From: an uncultured Ruminococcus sp.
GTDB lineage: Bacteria > Bacillota > Clostridia > Oscillospirales > CAG-272
Direction of reading: 5' to 3'
Length of the DNA stretch: 57,345 nucleotides
Assembly (NCBI GenBank): GCA_964441695.1
Contig: CAYYKO010000002.1
Span: 1 to 57,345 of the forward strand
The notes beneath the pieces were generated by a model. That model searched no databases. It was not told the origin of the DNA and was given only the letters and a program-made list of their open reading frames with translations. Numbering within the stretch: the stretch's first letter is position 1; the number at the start of each line of letters is the position of its first letter. Position numbers and translations under genes: made by a program. Shown piece after piece: positions 55,429 to 57,345 of the stretch.

Positions 55429-57294
55429 ATGATCCGAAAAATCCGCGAAGTTCTAACGGGCATCCCCGCAACGCTTGTGGGCGGTGCATTTCTCGTACTC
55501 AGCTTTGTCCTGTCAAAGCTCGGTCACTCCCTGCCGGTCGACCCCGCTTGGGTCGCGGTAATAATCAGCGGTCTGCCGCTCGTTTATTCCGCGCTTCGCC
55601 GCCTTGTCTGCGCGAAGGGACTATCAAAAATTTCTTCGCCTCTTCTCATTACCGCAGCGATGATAGCCGCCATCGCTATCGGAGACCTCTTCGCGGCGGG
55701 CGAGGTCGCGTTCATAATGGCTCTCGGCGAGATACTTGAGGACGTGACAACAGACCGCGCGAGGAAGGGACTCCGCAAGCTCATTGAGCTCGCTCCGACA
55801 CAGGGCAGACGGATCCGCGACGGTCGCGAGGAAACGGTGTCCGCAGAGGATATTCGCCTCGGCGATATATTGAGAATCCTCCCCGGAGAGGCAATACCGG
55901 TCGACGGAGTTATCGTCGACGGCGAAAGCTCGATAGACCAGTCGGTCATCACGGGAGAGTCGCTGCCGGTGGAGCGAACCGTCGGAGACGAGGTATTCTG
56001 CGGAACGATAAACCGCTTCGGCGCCATTGACATTCGCGCGTCGAAGGTCGGCGAGGACAGCTCGCTTGCAAAGCTTATCCGTATGGTTCGCGAGGCGGAG
56101 GAGAAAAAGGCTCCGACCGCACGCGTAGCCGACCGCGCGGCAAGCTTCCTTGTACCGGCGGCTCTGCTTATTGCCGTTATAACCTACCTCGTAACACGTG
56201 ATATCGTCCGTGCGGTAACGGTGCTTGTCGTATTCTGCCCGTGCGCGCTCGTGCTTGCCACGCCGACGGCGATAATGGCAGCAATAGGTCAGGCGGCGCG
56301 GCACGGAGTTATAATCAAGTCTGGAGAGGCGCTTGAGCGCATGGGACACGTTGACACGGTCGCCTTCGATAAGACCGGCACGCTAACGCGCGGCACGCTG
56401 TGCGTATGCGACATTATCCCCTTCACCGACTGCATGAATAAGGATGAGCTTCTTGCACTTTCGGCAGCTGCCGAAGCAAAGAGCGAGCACCCGCTCGCCC
56501 GCGCGATAGTCTCGCATGCGAAGCATGTCGGCGCTCCGATTGCGGAAAGCTCCGATTTCTCAATGAAGGCAGGTCGCGGTGTTGCAGCTGATGTAGGCGG
56601 TCACCGCGTGCTGTGCGGAAACGCGGATTATCTCCGTGAAAACGGCGCTTCGCTTTCCGAGCCTGCAATAAACACGCTTGACTCACTTCAGAGCGAGGGC
56701 AAGGCATCCGTGCTTGTTGCCGCGGACGGCAGCTGCGTAGGTGTCGTTGCCCTTTCGGATGTGCTCCGCGACGAGAGCTGCGAGGTCGTCTTGAGCCTGT
56801 CGCAGATGAAGGTCGGCTGCGTGCTTCTCTCGGGAGACAACAGGAAAGCCGCCGAGCACATGGCGGCAAGGGTGGGAATATCCGACGTTCGCGGAGAGCT
56901 GCTTCCCGAGGGCAAGGTCGACAGCATCAAGAAGCTTCGCCACGGCGGAAGCTGCGTCTGCATGGTAGGCGACGGCATTAACGACGCTCCCGCGCTGAAA
57001 AGTGCAGATGTCGGTGTCGCCATGGGCTGCATGGGCAGCGATATCGCGCTCGATGCGGCTGACATTGCCCTGATGCGCGACGACATTGCTTCCCTGCCGT
57101 ACCTGATGAGGCTGTCGCGCGCGACGGTGAAAACGATCAAGGCGGGCATTACGCTCTCGATGGCAATCAATGTGCTTGCCGTGCTGCTGTCGGTGCTCGG
57201 CTTGCTCACCCCGACCACGGGCGCCCTCGTTCACAATATCGGCTCCTGCTTTGTAATTCTGATAGCAGCGCTTTTATACGACAGACGCTTCTGA
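55429..57294 (+). CDS. Heavy-metal-translocating P1B-type ATPase without N-terminal metal-binding domain
   Basis: Start placed at ATG 55429 (MIRKIREV...; AAGGAG 8 nt upstream; 621 aa). Motifs present: TGES, the CPC transmembrane motif (...VVFCPCALVLATP...), DKTGTLT, ...SEHPLA... and ...GDGINDAPAL.... No CxxC HMA domain. Confidence 0.9.
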   Translation: MIRKIREVLTGIPATLVGGAFLVLSFVLSKLGHSLPVDPAWVAVIISGLPLVYSALRRLVCAKGLSKISSPLLITAAMIAAIAIGDLFAAGEVAFIMALGEILEDVTTDRARKGLRKLIELAPTQGRRIRDGREETVSAEDIRLGDILRILPGEAIPVDGVIVDGESSIDQSVITGESLPVERTVGDEVFCGTINRFGAIDIRASKVGEDSSLAKLIRMVREAEEKKAPTARVADRAASFLVPAALLIAVITYLVTRDIVRAVTVLVVFCPCALVLATPTAIMAAIGQAARHGVIIKSGEALERMGHVDTVAFDKTGTLTRGTLCVCDIIPFTDCMNKDELLALSAAAEAKSEHPLARAIVSHAKHVGAPIAESSDFSMKAGRGVAADVGGHRVLCGNADYLRENGASLSEPAINTLDSLQSEGKASVLVAADGSCVGVVALSDVLRDESCEVVLSLSQMKVGCVLLSGDNRKAAEHMAARVGISDVRGELLPEGKVDSIKKLRHGGSCVCMVGDGINDAPALKSADVGVAMGCMGSDIALDAADIALMRDDIASLPYLMRLSRATVKTIKAGITLSMAINVLAVLLSVLGLLTPTTGALVHNIGSCFVILIAALLYDRRF

Positions 57295-57302
57295 GCAATT
57301 AA

Positions 57303-57334
57303 AAACGGGCATCACGCGGGATGCCCGTTTTTTT
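57303..57334 (+). terminator. Rho-independent terminator
   Basis: ACGGGCAT-(8 nt)-ATGCCCGT followed by TTTTTTT. Confidence 0.8.
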
Positions 57335-57345
57335 CATGTTTATCA

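Noticed and set aside
1-57345. CRISPR arrays, transposases/IS elements, toxin-antitoxin or restriction-modification/defence genes
   Set aside because: I scanned the intergenic regions and the ORF list and found no repeat-spacer periodicity, no DDE or serine/tyrosine recombinase-like translations, and no recognisable defence-gene motifs. The window is mainly core metabolism and cell-division genes.

Overview
High-GC Gram-positive chromosomal segment. The T-box leader, Cheo-type LexA box, glgD, AGGAGG ribosome-binding sites and frequent TTG/GTG starts point to Clostridia, possibly Oscillospiraceae/Ruminococcaceae-like; this is inference only. All product calls come from motifs I recognise by eye in the supplied translations; no searches were run.

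Gene content, left to right:
- smpB plus tmRNA
- a Na/Pi symporter with a Pho-box-like upstream array
- aminotransferase, ppa, obg, a small unknown gene and an M32 carboxypeptidase
- a complete minus-strand glycogen operon (glgB-C-D-A-P plus a GH13 enzyme)
- lexA-mpg, then rarA
- a more accessory-looking block: MATE efflux, an orphan short glycyl-radical enzyme with a divergent AraC regulator, and a WG-repeat lipoprotein
- a T-box-controlled two-gene operon, an unknown TIM-barrel-like gene, and proBAC
- an acyl-ACP thioesterase / Nudix::RNase HI / DUF1294 operon
- the dcw cluster (mraZ-rsmH-ftsL-pbp-murE-murF-mraY-ftsW-murG-ftsQ ... ftsZ)
- a TetR / P1B-ATPase pair

No CRISPR array, transposase, integrase, rRNA or tRNA was seen.

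Most interesting:
1. A Leu (CUC) T-box riboswitch drives a LeuA paralogue that has lost its catalytic residues, followed by a TIM-barrel::acyl-CoA-synthetase fusion.
2. An in-frame TGA in obg is followed by the still-conserved C-terminus.
3. A short glycyl-radical enzyme has no adjacent activase.
4. Paired about 30-bp palindromes bracket back-to-back promoters next to the lipoprotein gene.
5. FtsL, FtsW and FtsQ carry Arg-rich N-terminal extensions in a dcw cluster lacking murD and ftsA.
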